From the NCBI GenBank assembly GCA_963665095.1, contig OY762069.1, positions 5,088,001 to 5,152,000 on the forward strand: a stretch of 64,000 bases of DNA. The letters run 5' to 3'. The position numbers and the translations under genes were made by a program. The notes under the pieces were generated by a model. It did no database searches, was not told the origin of the DNA, and worked only from the letters and a program-made list of their open reading frames with translations. The DNA is from an uncultured Desulfobacter sp. (lineage in GTDB: Bacteria > Desulfobacterota > Desulfobacteria > Desulfobacterales > Desulfobacteraceae). This document shows positions 16,902-25,980 of the stretch, one piece after another; position 1 is the first letter of the stretch, and each line of letters begins with the position of its first letter.

Positions 16902-19328
16902 ATGAACAGGGTTCTACTATTTCTTTTGTTTATTCTGGCCTTATTCTCTTCTACGAATGTTATTGCTGATGAAGCTGCCCAATCGGATCATATCCCATGG
17001 TCGGGGTGGTGGTGGCCGGATAATGTCGGTTCCCTGGCAACTGGAGACGATTACAGAGGCAGTCCGGCACCTTTGGAAAAATATGATCTGGTTACATCCG
17101 ATGAGCAGCAAGGGCCTGCGACAACCTATTATTTAACTTATAGATATGATGCCGACGCTCAAACCTGGGAAGGACTTTGTGACGCCTGGTCTGCTGCTTC
17201 TATTCTTGAGGATATTGATTTTGCGGTGTCAACAATCAGTAACCTGTATTTTTATATAGGAGACAAGAAAGGGCTGGTTACCCTGGCCTATGAAAGGAGC
17301 TTTAATACAGGGGTGGCTCAAACATCCACTTCTCCCCTGGTTTTCCATGAATGGCTCCAAAACTATATACGGGACGCTGGTGTTCCGTTTTATGCAGACC
17401 TGGACTGCAGTGCCCAATCCTGGAATTATCCTATTTTTGAATATAGCATGGATATTACAGACATGGGTGATGAGACCTATGTATCCTGTACAATCTGGTA
17501 CGCGGACGACGGTGTGGATCCGGACTATTCCGGCACCAAGGTGCGAACCAGGGCCTATGAGTATACGTTGTATAACGACGGAACCGGATATTCCGGCGGA
17601 GAATGGGGACTGGACAATACTTCAAACCATCCTGAAATACTAAACCGTCCGGCTGAGGCGGTCGCGGCCAATCCATACCTTGATTATGACACTATAAAAA
17701 CCATTGCTGAATCCGTTGATGACGCTATTGAATCAGATCTTGCAGTGGCGTTGAATCCTGGTATGTACAATTTGATTCTTATGAACAAGGACCAGTACAT
17801 TGTTGATGCGGAAGACTCGGATACGGCATATATAGAGATAGAACGGCTTGACGATACTGACGAGTATATCAACATAGAGATCACTGATGCTGCCGGAGAT
17901 TCGATTTATACCGGCACCATTACCGAGACCAAATCAATCCCCCTTGATTACGGAACCCCTCCCTATGACGTTGTCTTAAGTAAAGACAGCTATGATAATC
18001 CCGGCCTTTACAGAATTCAATATGATGTGAGAAAAAACTTTGAGTTTGTGCGCCCTAAAACCCAGAAAGGATATGGGTGGGGGGGGTATGCACTTGTTAA
18101 TACCTCAGAAGATACAATTTCTGATATTATTATCAGTGGATATACCGATGACGGAACGCCGCTGGACTCATTTATTGGCCCGTTTTCGCTGAATGCCGGA
18201 GAAAAGAAAGTTGTTCTTACTTCGGATTTCTCTTATCGTAATCAAATCGAAAAAGAGAATTTTTACGGCATTAAAATACAAAGTCCTGAAAATTTATCAA
18301 TTGTTAATCTTTCAGGATCCCTTGACAGCCATATGGCCCTTGTATCATCCCAGGATCTGGGTACAAAATTAATAATTCCGGCATATCCTCAGTCTACCGA
18401 TTTTTCTGAGATCAGGAACTGGGGGGTTTATAACCCATGGGTCCGGTCAGCCCAGACAACCATGACATTGTACTCTGAAAGCGGGGACGAAGAGGAAAGT
18501 GTGGATGTAGAGATAAGCCCCATAGGGATTAACCATTACGGGAATTCCGATGGGCCCTTTGAATCTTCGACAGGCAATGGGTGGGTATCCATTGAATCCA
18601 ATAAAGATATTTCGTGTTATCAGGAATGGCTATCAAGCCGAAGCGACTTTAATGACGTTCTTCCAGGACTCATACCTGGGCTTTTATTTTATCTTCCTAA
18701 CATTTCCGTCAGTGGTGGTTGGGATACAACCATTACTTTAATTAATACCTCGGAAAATGAAAACCAGGTTTCCTTTCAAATTCTTAACCCTGAAATCAGT
18801 GAAACTCTTCTTGTCCGGATAATGCAGCCATTCGAAAAAATAGAGATAGATGCCGCTGACCTGTTTTCCGGATACTCCAATCAACAGGTGACGGCCTCTT
18901 CACTTAGGATCACATCTGACAGCCAGATAGCCGGATACTACACCTACACTGCTTCCGGCTCATCGGAATTTATGGCCATTCCTCTGTCAGCTGAAACCGA
19001 CATAAAGCGTCAGCTGACTCTTCCCCATGTTGCTTCGGGAGACGGGTGGTGGACCGGCGTCAATCTGTTTAATCCTGGCTCAAATAACTCCGTACTCAAC
19101 CTTTTGCCTTATGACAGCACTGGCCTCCTTTTGGAAGCAAAAAAAGTCATGATCACTCTTGAAAAGAATCAAAAGCTCACTACATTGCTTTCAGATATTT
19201 TTGACCTTGAGTCCGGATCTGCGATAGATTATGTAAGGATAGAAGTTGAGGAAGGAAGCGCTGTGTTCGGAACCTATGGATATGGATATACCGGCATGAA
19301 GATGCTGGCTGCATCACGGTTAAATTAA
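16902..19328 (+). CDS. Secreted GP42/transglutaminase-elicitor-like protein with four C-terminal beta-sandwich repeats
   Basis: Signal peptide; PWSGWWWP, PLEKYD, WEGLCDAWSAASILE, WNYP, HPE..NPYLDY motifs; repeats of the type hP..GW.T...L.N. Confidence 0.6.
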   Translation: MNRVLLFLLFILALFSSTNVIADEAAQSDHIPWSGWWWPDNVGSLATGDDYRGSPAPLEKYDLVTSDEQQGPATTYYLTYRYDADAQTWEGLCDAWSAASILEDIDFAVSTISNLYFYIGDKKGLVTLAYERSFNTGVAQTSTSPLVFHEWLQNYIRDAGVPFYADLDCSAQSWNYPIFEYSMDITDMGDETYVSCTIWYADDGVDPDYSGTKVRTRAYEYTLYNDGTGYSGGEWGLDNTSNHPEILNRPAEAVAANPYLDYDTIKTIAESVDDAIESDLAVALNPGMYNLILMNKDQYIVDAEDSDTAYIEIERLDDTDEYINIEITDAAGDSIYTGTITETKSIPLDYGTPPYDVVLSKDSYDNPGLYRIQYDVRKNFEFVRPKTQKGYGWGGYALVNTSEDTISDIIISGYTDDGTPLDSFIGPFSLNAGEKKVVLTSDFSYRNQIEKENFYGIKIQSPENLSIVNLSGSLDSHMALVSSQDLGTKLIIPAYPQSTDFSEIRNWGVYNPWVRSAQTTMTLYSESGDEEESVDVEISPIGINHYGNSDGPFESSTGNGWVSIESNKDISCYQEWLSSRSDFNDVLPGLIPGLLFYLPNISVSGGWDTTITLINTSENENQVSFQILNPEISETLLVRIMQPFEKIEIDAADLFSGYSNQQVTASSLRITSDSQIAGYYTYTASGSSEFMAIPLSAETDIKRQLTLPHVASGDGWWTGVNLFNPGSNNSVLNLLPYDSTGLLLEAKKVMITLEKNQKLTTLLSDIFDLESGSAIDYVRIEVEEGSAVFGTYGYGYTGMKMLAASRLN

Positions 19329-19421
19329 TATCAGGATGAAGCTATATTCCGCAGGGCTTCGGATCATCTTTGCGTGTGGTTGAGCGCTTCACTCAGCCTA
19401 AACGTTAATAAAAGGGAAAAA

Positions 19422-20474
19422 TTGAAATTGTTTAAGATTGTCAGATGTATTTTTTTAGCTTGTTTACTTGTTATGCTGGCTGCAACTTTGCCGGCAAGTG
19501 CAAAAGAGCTTGTTGTTGCCTTCACCAGTGATACGGCAGGGTTGGTTCTGCCCTGTGGTTGAGCCGTTAAAAAAGGAGGACTGGCCCGTCGGGCCGGTGC
19601 AATTGAAGATCTCAGGAAAAAGAATCCCAATTTTATTCTGGTGGATGCCGGAGATATGTTTTTCAACACCAGGACGATTCCGGAACAAAGAGCCAGTCTG
19701 ATTCTTCGCAGTATGGATTACATGAAGTATGATGCGGTTACTTTGGGTGAAGGGGAGTTCGGGTTGGACTTTAAGTTTTTAGTCAAGGCGCTTTCCCGCA
19801 CCTCTATGTCTTATGTGTCTTCAAATCTTCAGATATTATCTGATGATAATAAAACAATTTTTACACCATACATTTTAAAAAAGATAGATGGCATAACGAT
19901 AGGTATAACGGCGGCTACACCCGGCGTAATGATGAATGATTCTGTCCGACAGAATCGCAGGATCACGATTAATAAGCCTATTCCTTCCCTGAAGAAGATT
20001 GTTGAAGAGCTGAAGGGTAAGAGTGATTTCATCATTGTGCTTTCACATTTCGGCAAAAGTGGCACTCAGAATCTATTACGGTATAATGATTTTTCTGATG
20101 TTTCTCTGGTTGTTGCCGGGCATGGGAGGGGCATTACCAATAAAGCAGAGAAACAGGGCGATACCATCATTGTCCGGAACAGCATGGGTGGAGAGTATCT
20201 TGGTGTAATTAGATTTAACCTTGAAAATACAGGAAAAGTAAAAGATTTCAAGATTGAAAATATTCCACTTAGCGACAATCTGCCGGAAGATAAATTCATT
20301 GCTGGAGAGATTGAAAAATTTACAGCTTTGGATGTAAAGGTCAAGCAAAAAAAAGAGAAACAGGATCGCTTGGTAAAAAAAGAGAAGGAGCGTGCAGAGG
20401 AGGCAAAAAAAGCAGATGAAATTCTACAGCTTTCTCCGGAAGCATTCATCAAAATGATGGATCAAAATAAATAA
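19422..20474 (+). CDS. UshA/5'-nucleotidase-like metallophosphoesterase-fold selenoprotein (PCGU, UGA at 19560-62)
   Basis: ORFs 19374-19562 and 19641-20474 are in frame. Readthrough gives signal peptide-FTSDTAG..PCG-U-AVKKGGLARRA..LVDAGD..LSH..GHG. SECIS-like hairpin follows. Confidence 0.8.
19580..19598 (+). promoter_or_regulatory. Candidate bacterial SECIS element
   Basis: ACTGGCCC-GTC-GGGCCGGT; apical-loop G lies 26 nt after the UGA. Confidence 0.7.
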
Positions 20475-20496
20475 ATTGCCAGGACCAACAAATCCT

Positions 20497-20955
20497 TTAG
20501 AAGGGTTTGTTGGTCCTCATTTTTGATTTGTTCAGAACCCAGTTTCCTGATTCGAAAAGCCAGAGTTCACTAACGGTCGGATTGAGGGGATACCCCATTT
20601 TGATAATCTTGAATCTCAAGGACACTTCATATTCATTCTTCGTTCCTGGGATCGGTCTGATACTCAAAATGTCATAGTCTGAAACATTTTTCATTTCACC
20701 CCGGGAAACAAATTTTTCTTGTTTGACTGAGTTGCGAAAATCTTTGTTGGTCATATTGTAAACTGTTGCCCAGTCTCTTTGGCTTCTGGCTTTCCATAGC
20801 TTATATACAGCTTTCTTCAGTGTTGCTGTGCCGTTATCATCGCCAGGTGTAACAGACGAATTCTTTGAAATTACCGTACAGGAGGAAAGTAAAAAAATCA
20901 AAATTACAGAAAGACCTGTAATACCTACTGTGTAATAGCTGGCAGACTTATTCAT
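20497..20955 (-). CDS. Hypothetical lipoprotein (NTF2-like fold suspected)
   Basis: Lipobox LLSS-C; LWKARSQRDWATVY and ELWLFESGNW. Confidence 0.6.
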   Translation of the reverse strand: MNKSASYYTVGITGLSVILIFLLSSCTVISKNSSVTPGDDNGTATLKKAVYKLWKARSQRDWATVYNMTNKDFRNSVKQEKFVSRGEMKNVSDYDILSIRPIPGTKNEYEVSLRFKIIKMGYPLNPTVSELWLFESGNWVLNKSKMRTNKPF

Positions 20956-21931
20956 TCTTCTCCTGGCTGGTTTTTGTATTTTTCATTTTCCGGTCTATAC
21001 TTCTCAGAAGGCTTTTTGCGGTTTTATAACCAAGTTGATCTGCCTTTTTTGCATACTTTATCGCAGAGTCAAAATTGTTGATATCTCTGTATGCCACAGC
21101 CAAATTAAGATTGGCCTTTGCCATATCCGGTTTAAGTTCTACCGCTTTTTGGAAATATGGCACTGCCGTTTCCGGTTCTTTTTTTATCATGTAGAGACTG
21201 CCTAAATTTACGTAGGCTTCAGCAAATTGCGGGTCAATTTTAATGGTCTGTTCAAAAAATTTGAGGGCCTCCGTCCTTTCTCCCTTTTTGCCGTGCATCA
21301 CGCCAATGTTGTAATATGCCTTTGCAAATTTAGGGTCAAGGTTGATAACGGTCTGGTAACATTCCAATGCTTTATCGTCCATGGTTATCATTTCATACAA
21401 GGTACCCAATTGAAAATGCGCTGTTGGAAGTTTATGGTTAATTTTAATCGCTTTTTTGCAATGCACAATTGCCTGTTCCAGGTTGCCCTGCTGCCAGTAA
21501 AAAGTACTTAGATTGAATTCAGCCCAATCCTGTCTCGGATCAATTTTAAGTAACTTTTCATACTCTTCTATCGCCTTTTCAGGTAGGTTCATGGCCGAGT
21601 AAACATTGGCCAGATTGAATTTAATCAAAATGTTATTAGGGTCAAGTTTGGCTGCCTCGTCAAATTCATCAGCAGCCTCTATCCACCTTTGGTTCTGGGC
21701 CATGATAACCCCTAACCTTACCCTTAATACGGATTCCAGGGCCGGATTGATATCCCAGGCCTTCTCATACTCAGACTTGGCAGATTGAAATTCAAGTTTT
21801 TTAAGAAAATCATCCCCTTTTGAGACATAGTCCTTAGCAGCATCGGCGGCGATCAGTAAAGACGGGCAAAAGAAAAGTATAAAAAACAAAGGAAAGAAAA
21901 TTCGTGTGGCTGTTGTTCTGCCAAAACACAT
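20948..21931 (-). CDS. Exported TPR-repeat protein
   Basis: Signal peptide plus ~8 tandem 34-aa TPRs (AYYNIG.., AYVNLG..). Confidence 0.9.
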   Translation of the reverse strand: MCFGRTTATRIFFPLFFILFFCPSLLIAADAAKDYVSKGDDFLKKLEFQSAKSEYEKAWDINPALESVLRVRLGVIMAQNQRWIEAADEFDEAAKLDPNNILIKFNLANVYSAMNLPEKAIEEYEKLLKIDPRQDWAEFNLSTFYWQQGNLEQAIVHCKKAIKINHKLPTAHFQLGTLYEMITMDDKALECYQTVINLDPKFAKAYYNIGVMHGKKGERTEALKFFEQTIKIDPQFAEAYVNLGSLYMIKKEPETAVPYFQKAVELKPDMAKANLNLAVAYRDINNFDSAIKYAKKADQLGYKTAKSLLRSIDRKMKNTKTSQEKNE

Positions 21932-22064
21932 ATTATGGGACCTCCAATATTGGATGCAAGATTAAAAAAATAGAAAATAATTTTTATATGATTTTCATTG
22001 CAATTGCAACCTAAAAATTATATGAATGGCCTGATTTCCGAATAGGTTATATATGGAGGACATA

Positions 22065-23024
22065 ATGAAAAACGGCTTTCAAATCGGTAGGTTGACTCTT
22101 ATTTTCTGGGTATGTCTCAGCTTACTGTTAGGTGGTCTGGCCATCGCCGGTGCTGCTAAAAAATCTAATCCTGCCGCCAACACTGAGGAACGGCAAAAAG
22201 TCACCGATACGGTGCAGGATGGTGAAAAACAAAACAGGACGGTTCCAGGTCCGGTTAACAAGCCTCTTACAGAGGCAGAAAAATGGGACGCTTTGAAAAA
22301 AGCGGCTGAAAGCGGAGATGCGGAAGCCCAATACAATATAGGTTTGAGTTATGAAAGGGGAACCCTAAGTGTCCCCAAGAATCTGGTCACGGCGGCCGAG
22401 TGGTATGAAAAGGCCGAAAAAAATGGCCATAGAGGCGCGCAAAATAAGCTTGCGGTTATTTATTACCAGGGGTTGGCAGGATATAAAAAAGATCAGGCCA
22501 AAGCGGCAGAGCTATTTGAAAAATCAGTGGAACAGGGAAGCAGTGATGCCATGTTCATGCTGGGCAGGATTTATATGAATGGTGCCCAGGGTGTTGAGCG
22601 CGATTTCAAGCGCGGGAGTGACCTGCTGAAAAATGCCGCATCCATGGGCAATGAAATGGCCATGGATGATATCGGTGTGATGTATTACAACGGCAATGAG
22701 ATTCTTTCAAGGGACAGGGGCAGATCCTTTCTCTGGTATAGGCGGGCAGCCCTGAAAGGATATACCCCGTCAATGGTGCATTTAGGATCCATGTTTTACT
22801 ATGGCATTGAACCGGTGGATAAGGATGAAGATAAAGGCATTGAGTGGGTGGAAAAGGCAGCCAACAAAGGAGATGAAAGGGCATATAATCTGCTGGTGGA
22901 ATGGGGCGGTGGAAAAGAAATTGAAAAACAGGCGACCTTTGAGCTGAAAAAAGGCGGCAACCTGTACGAAGACAAAAAAGAACAAGCGGAGACGTCTGGA
23001 GACGATTCCGGTAAAAAAGAATAA
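22065..23024 (+). CDS. Exported Sel1-like repeat protein
   Basis: AAESGDAEAQYNIGLSY..G; repeated A..W...AA..G units; RBS GGAGGA before ATG 22065. Confidence 0.9.
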   Translation: MKNGFQIGRLTLIFWVCLSLLLGGLAIAGAAKKSNPAANTEERQKVTDTVQDGEKQNRTVPGPVNKPLTEAEKWDALKKAAESGDAEAQYNIGLSYERGTLSVPKNLVTAAEWYEKAEKNGHRGAQNKLAVIYYQGLAGYKKDQAKAAELFEKSVEQGSSDAMFMLGRIYMNGAQGVERDFKRGSDLLKNAASMGNEMAMDDIGVMYYNGNEILSRDRGRSFLWYRRAALKGYTPSMVHLGSMFYYGIEPVDKDEDKGIEWVEKAANKGDERAYNLLVEWGGGKEIEKQATFELKKGGNLYEDKKEQAETSGDDSGKKE

Positions 23025-23047
23025 TAAATGATCCGGCAGCCATTGTT

Positions 23048-23866
23048 GTGTATAATAGCTTAAATCCATTTAAGGTTTTTCGTCACCTCTGGAATTATAA
23101 AGATCTTATATCAAAACTTTCCAAAAAAGCGATCCTGGTCCGGTACCGGGGGTCGCTTTTAGGGCTTTTATGGGCCTTTGTCCAGCCGTTGATGATGCTG
23201 GCCGTATATACCTTTGTGTTTTCGGTTATTTTTGAGGCCAAATGGGGGCAGGATCTGGATCAGGGACGTCTCTCCTTTGCCCTGGCCCTGTTTGTTGGAA
23301 TTTTGACCTTTAACATCATTGGGGATACGGTGAATGCCTCTCCCCAACTCATACTGGGGCATGCCAATTTTGTCAAAAAAGTGGTATTCCCTCTTGAGGT
23401 GCTGCCTCTGGTCAAGTTGATCGAATCCCTGGTTTTTTCTTTTCTGGGGCTTGTGGTTCTTCTGGCTGCCCAGGTGCTCTTCGAACATAGTGTGAGCAGG
23501 ACATTGGTCTTTTTGCCGATAGTCTGGCTGCCGGTCAGTCTTTTTGCACTGGGGTGGAGCTATCTGATTGCTTCTCTTGGGGTATTTATCAGGGATATTG
23601 GATCTATGACCGGCGTGGTGGTTACCATGCTCTTTTTTTTAAGTCCTATATTTTATCCTTTGAGTGCTGTGCCCGAGAACTTAAGAATATACTGTCAGAT
23701 GAATCCCATTGCCATGTTTGTTCAGGATGCCAGAAGGGTTGTGTTGTGGGGACAGATGCCGGACTGGTGCTGGTTTTCAATTTATTTCCTGATTTCCCTG
23801 GGGGTATTTGTTCTCGGTTTTGCCTGGTTTATGAAATCCAAAAAAGCCTTTGCTGATGTCTTGTGA
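23048..23866 (+). CDS. wzm: Polysaccharide ABC exporter permease Wzm
   Basis: RYRGSLLGLLWAFVQP, FVKKVVFPLE, LFFLSPIFYP and MNP motifs. Confidence 0.93.
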   Translation: MYNSLNPFKVFRHLWNYKDLISKLSKKAILVRYRGSLLGLLWAFVQPLMMLAVYTFVFSVIFEAKWGQDLDQGRLSFALALFVGILTFNIIGDTVNASPQLILGHANFVKKVVFPLEVLPLVKLIESLVFSFLGLVVLLAAQVLFEHSVSRTLVFLPIVWLPVSLFALGWSYLIASLGVFIRDIGSMTGVVVTMLFFLSPIFYPLSAVPENLRIYCQMNPIAMFVQDARRVVLWGQMPDWCWFSIYFLISLGVFVLGFAWFMKSKKAFADVL

Positions 23867-23987
23867 ATTTTGGCTAAAGAGATTAGATTGCTATTCATAA
23901 GTTTTGTTTGACTTATTGCTTTCGATCTCTGTTCAGGACTGAAGCGGATAAACCATTGGGTCGCTCGTGGGAGCTATAGGGGAAAAT

Positions 23988-24602
23988 GTGCATAAAAGTT
24001 CTTTTGATAAAATGTTGTGCTTTCGGCGCAAATACCTTTCCGGGAAAGAGAATGAGCGTCTTTTGATCATGGATCTGGGCAGCCAGGATGTAAACGGGTC
24101 ATATAAACCCTGTTTTGAGAACGAAAACTGGTGCTATAAGGGGCTGGATATGGCCCCGGGCAAAAATGTTGACATTGTGCTGGATGATCCATACTGTTGG
24201 AAAGAGGTCCGGACTTCCAGTGTGGATGTTCTGGTTTCGGGACAGGCGTTTGAGCATGTGGAGTTTTTCTGGGTTACTATTATGGAGATTGCGCGGATAC
24301 TGAAACCCGGTGGGTTGGCCTGCATCATTGCGCCCTCCGGAGGGTATGAACATAAGTATCCTCTAGACTGCTGGCGGTTTTACCCGGATGGATTCCGGGC
24401 TCTGGGAAGATATGCCGGGCTTGTAGCGCTGGAGGCATTTGCCCAGTGGGAGAATGATCCGGATTACAGGGATGACAGTAATTTTTGGCATGACTGCGTG
24501 CTGGTTGCCGAAAAACCAAAGCTATCTCTTATTGAAAGAATGAAATTTGAAATGCGAAGCCGGGCTGGCAGGATACTGATTCGCGGGCTTGGAAATAAAT
24601 AG
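23988..24602 (+). CDS. SAM-dependent methyltransferase
   Basis: MDLGSQDVNGSY, SGQAFEHVEFFW, HKYPLDCWRFYPDG. Confidence 0.85.
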   Translation: MHKSSFDKMLCFRRKYLSGKENERLLIMDLGSQDVNGSYKPCFENENWCYKGLDMAPGKNVDIVLDDPYCWKEVRTSSVDVLVSGQAFEHVEFFWVTIMEIARILKPGGLACIIAPSGGYEHKYPLDCWRFYPDGFRALGRYAGLVALEAFAQWENDPDYRDDSNFWHDCVLVAEKPKLSLIERMKFEMRSRAGRILIRGLGNK

Positions 24603-24628
24603 GAAGAGCGGTAAGGCTTTTCTCTGGA

Positions 24629-25966
24629 GTGAAGGCAATGAAAGTTCTATTTGTATATTTGAATCTTGAGACCTCTAATGTCATGCATTTTCCCCCGGGT
24701 ATCGGGGTGCTGTCTGCAATGGCTAAGAAGTACGGGCACGAGACTAAATGCCTATATGTGAACAGTGAGATGTCCGCCGATGAAGTTCTGGCCTTTATCG
24801 GAGAATATGATCCCAATTTAATTGGATTTTCCGTGGTGACCCATCAGTGGGCCCATGTAAAAGAGTATGCGGCGCTGATAAAAACAAAGTTTAAAGCGCC
24901 TATAATATGCGGTGGTGCCCATCCCACTTTTCATCCGGAAGAGGTGGTTGCAGATCCAAGTATTAATTTTGCCTGTGTGGGGGAAGGGGAGTTTGCGCTT
25001 ATTGACGTGCTTGAACGGATGGAGAACGGTGGGGATCTGGCCTCTATTCCCAATATCTGGGTAAAAAATGAAGACGGTACCATTTTCCCCAACGAACCCA
25101 GACATCTCATAGAGGACCTGGATATCGTTCCCTTTCCGGACAGGGATATTCTTCCTTTCCAGAAAATTGTGGATTCCTGCAATACCGAACCTGTGATCAT
25201 GGCATCCCGAGGGTGCCCTTACAGCTGCACGTTTTGTTCTAACAGCGCCTTTAAAGCTCTGTACAGGGGAAAAGGCCACTGGGTGCGGCAGCGGAGCCCG
25301 GAAAACGTTATTGCTGAAATCCGGGAAATGAATGAAAAGTTTAAAATTAATACGTTAAACTTTTATGATGAGTGTTTTGGATATCAACGCAAGTGGATTA
25401 AACGGTTTTGTGAACTGTATAAAGAGGAGTTCGGATTTCCCTTTGGCTGTTTTATCCGGGCGGAGTCCATGGACCGGGAGACCTTTCATCTCATGGCCGA
25501 AGCGGGGTTGAAACTGATCTACCTCGGCGTGGAATCAGGCAACGAGAATCTGAGAAGAAATGTGATGAACCGGAAAGTCGGGGATGACAGGATCATCCAG
25601 GCCTGCCGGGATGCCCAGGCAGAAGGCATCCAGGTCTGGACCTATAATATTGTCGGCATCCCCGGGGAAACCGTGGAAACCATTGATGAGGCCATGGAAT
25701 TGAACCGGAAAATCAATCCGCATTTTGTCAGTATCTCTTTGTTTCAGCCGCTTCCCGGAACAAAGCTCCATGATCTGTGTGTGGAAAAGAATTATTTTTC
25801 CGGAACAACAGAATCCAAGAGTTTTTATGATGACTCTTTTTTGAACCTGCCCACCATCACGCATAAAGAACTTATGGCCAAATTCAGGGAATTTCAAGCC
25901 CTGTCGAACGAGATCCGCCTGGCCCATGAGGCCAAAGGGGAGAAGATTTTTCTGGCTGATATATAG
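24629..25966 (+). CDS. Cobalamin-binding radical SAM protein (class B-like)
   Basis: B12 domain (PPGIGVLS, GGAHPT, GEGE); SRGCPYSCTFC; GVESG. Confidence 0.9.
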   Translation: MKAMKVLFVYLNLETSNVMHFPPGIGVLSAMAKKYGHETKCLYVNSEMSADEVLAFIGEYDPNLIGFSVVTHQWAHVKEYAALIKTKFKAPIICGGAHPTFHPEEVVADPSINFACVGEGEFALIDVLERMENGGDLASIPNIWVKNEDGTIFPNEPRHLIEDLDIVPFPDRDILPFQKIVDSCNTEPVIMASRGCPYSCTFCSNSAFKALYRGKGHWVRQRSPENVIAEIREMNEKFKINTLNFYDECFGYQRKWIKRFCELYKEEFGFPFGCFIRAESMDRETFHLMAEAGLKLIYLGVESGNENLRRNVMNRKVGDDRIIQACRDAQAEGIQVWTYNIVGIPGETVETIDEAMELNRKINPHFVSISLFQPLPGTKLHDLCVEKNYFSGTTESKSFYDDSFLNLPTITHKELMAKFREFQALSNEIRLAHEAKGEKIFLADI

Positions 25967-25980
25967 GAAGGGTTGTAAAT

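Noticed and set aside
14934..19328. PEP-CTERM/exosortase or SLH anchoring
   Set aside because: No PEP-TM-basic tail, SLH motif or exosortase gene, despite the PrsK/PrsR/TPR-like neighbourhood
19374..20474. Pseudogene or two separate genes (62 aa + 277 aa)
   Set aside because: The halves are in frame, the only interruption is UGA in a CxU context with a SECIS-like hairpin, and the second ORF would start mid-motif (DAGD) without a signal peptide
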